From the IMG/VR virus record IMGVR_UViG_3300032401_000004: a DNA stretch of 64,000 bases; one strand, written 5' to 3'. Both the position numbers and the translations under genes were made by a program. Each line of letters opens with the position of its first letter. Position 1 is the first letter of the stretch. Shown piece after piece: positions 63,125 through 64,000 of this stretch. The notes beneath the pieces are model-generated. The model saw nothing but the letters and a program-made list of their open reading frames with translations. It had not been told where the DNA came from and ran no database searches. This DNA is from an uncultured virus (IMG/VR IMGVR_UViG_3300032401_000004) (taxonomy: Duplodnaviria > Heunggongvirae > Uroviricota > Caudoviricetes).

Positions 63125-64000
63125 ATGATTGACGCAGCGTTTCGTGATGCGCATCGCATCAGCCCGTCTCAAGTCGAGACGGGGCGACTTTGTTTACGCA
63201 AGTGGGGCTTGGAAAAGCTCGACCGCGTCCCCAAGACTGAGAACAAGTACGCTTCGCGGGGCACCGACTGCCACAGCATGCTTGAAGTTTGGCAGCGCGA
63301 CGGCAAAGGGATTGATCTCACAACAGACACCGGCAAGATCGTGTCGTCGGGTCTCAAGTTTCTGCCGCAGCCGGGCACGCACATCGTCGAGCACAACTTC
63401 GTGTTCCGCACGGAGCACGCGACGTACCACGGCAAGATGGATCTGCGCGGGCCGTTCGCGTCGCCGTTGCAAGTCATCTGGGATCACAAGACCACGTCGA
63501 GCTTCAAGTGGCTCAAGCCTCCCGAGATCTTGCGCCGCGACCCACAGGCCAACATCTATGCCTCGGCGACCATCGCCGAGAGCAAAGCCACTGGCACCTT
63601 GGTGGAGCGAGTAGAACAGAACTGGGTCTACTACCTGGCGGATCCCGCGAAGCCCAAGAGCCGCAAGGTGCAACTGCACGTGCTGCTGGAGGCCAACGCA
63701 CGTAAGCCTGTGCGCGACCCGAAGCTCGTGAAGCCTGAGCACTTCGGCATCATGTACTTGCCTGAGTTGCAAGATCGTTTCGGTGAAATAGAAGAGACCG
63801 CAGTTCAACTTCTGAGCCTGTACCACGACAAACCCAAAGCGATGGAACTCCCGTACAACGCAGCTGCATGCTCCGCGTACGGGGGTTGCCCTTACAAAAA
63901 CAACCCCTGCAAACTGACGATGAGCGAGAGGATAATCAGCATGGAAGCACAAGCCGAGAAGATGTCACTGGCCGACAAGATGCGCGCGAAACTGGGCATG
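63125..64000 (+). CDS. Cas4-like/AddB-type PD-(D/E)xK nuclease (runs off the window; not in the ORF track)
   Basis: SPSQ...C..KW, GT..H, VE..F, GKMD, DHKT, Q...Y and C-terminal CSAYGGCPY...C. Confidence 0.85.
   Translation, partial: MIDAAFRDAHRISPSQVETGRLCLRKWGLEKLDRVPKTENKYASRGTDCHSMLEVWQRDGKGIDLTTDTGKIVSSGLKFLPQPGTHIVEHNFVFRTEHATYHGKMDLRGPFASPLQVIWDHKTTSSFKWLKPPEILRRDPQANIYASATIAESKATGTLVERVEQNWVYYLADPAKPKSRKVQLHVLLEANARKPVRDPKLVKPEHFGIMYLPELQDRFGEIEETAVQLLSLYHDKPKAMELPYNAAACSAYGGCPYKNNPCKLTMSERIISMEAQAEKMSLADKMRAKLGM

Noticed and set aside
63125..64000. Cas4-like gene read as part of a CRISPR-Cas system
   Set aside because: No cas1, cas2 or array is present, and solo Cas4-like nucleases are common in phage replication modules.
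1..64000. tRNA or rRNA genes and a definite host assignment
   Set aside because: No tRNA or rRNA was recognised by eye, and GC content alone does not identify the host.

Overview
The whole window looks like part of a GC-rich bacteriophage genome (or provirus) with no host genes. It has four parts. (i) A small late cluster at 42-5256 encodes a GP88-like Fe-S protein, membrane-anchored proteins and an M15 peptidase. (ii) An early/accessory region at 5.3-27 kb diverges from about 13.65 kb and encodes a RecD2 helicase, HExxH metallopeptidases, a GHKL ATPase and many small ORFs. (iii) A long minus-strand morphogenesis and cargo module at 27-52.4 kb encodes candidate jelly-roll capsid proteins, a transglutaminase-fold cysteine enzyme, an 8-repeat peptidoglycan-binding protein, paralogous spikes, small basic Cys-rich peptides, a DSP phosphatase and a JAB protein. 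(iv) A replication/recombination block at 52.7-64 kb holds a tyrosine recombinase, an iteron-rich non-coding region, a sulfotransferase, a P4/D5 primase-helicase and a Cas4-like nuclease. No terminase, portal or tail genes are recognisable, which suggests a tailless, probably membrane-containing virus. The best candidate new system is a recurrent G-L-G-(D/E)-type motif at domain boundaries of many late proteins. It may be a cleavage or packaging signal read by the transglutaminase-like enzyme, which would release cargo effectors from polyproteins. A second candidate is a seven-copy early-gene control cassette: a GAAT-N16-CGTC promoter, a covarying hairpin and a Shine-Dalgarno site. All family assignments come from motifs recognised by eye; no database searches were run.
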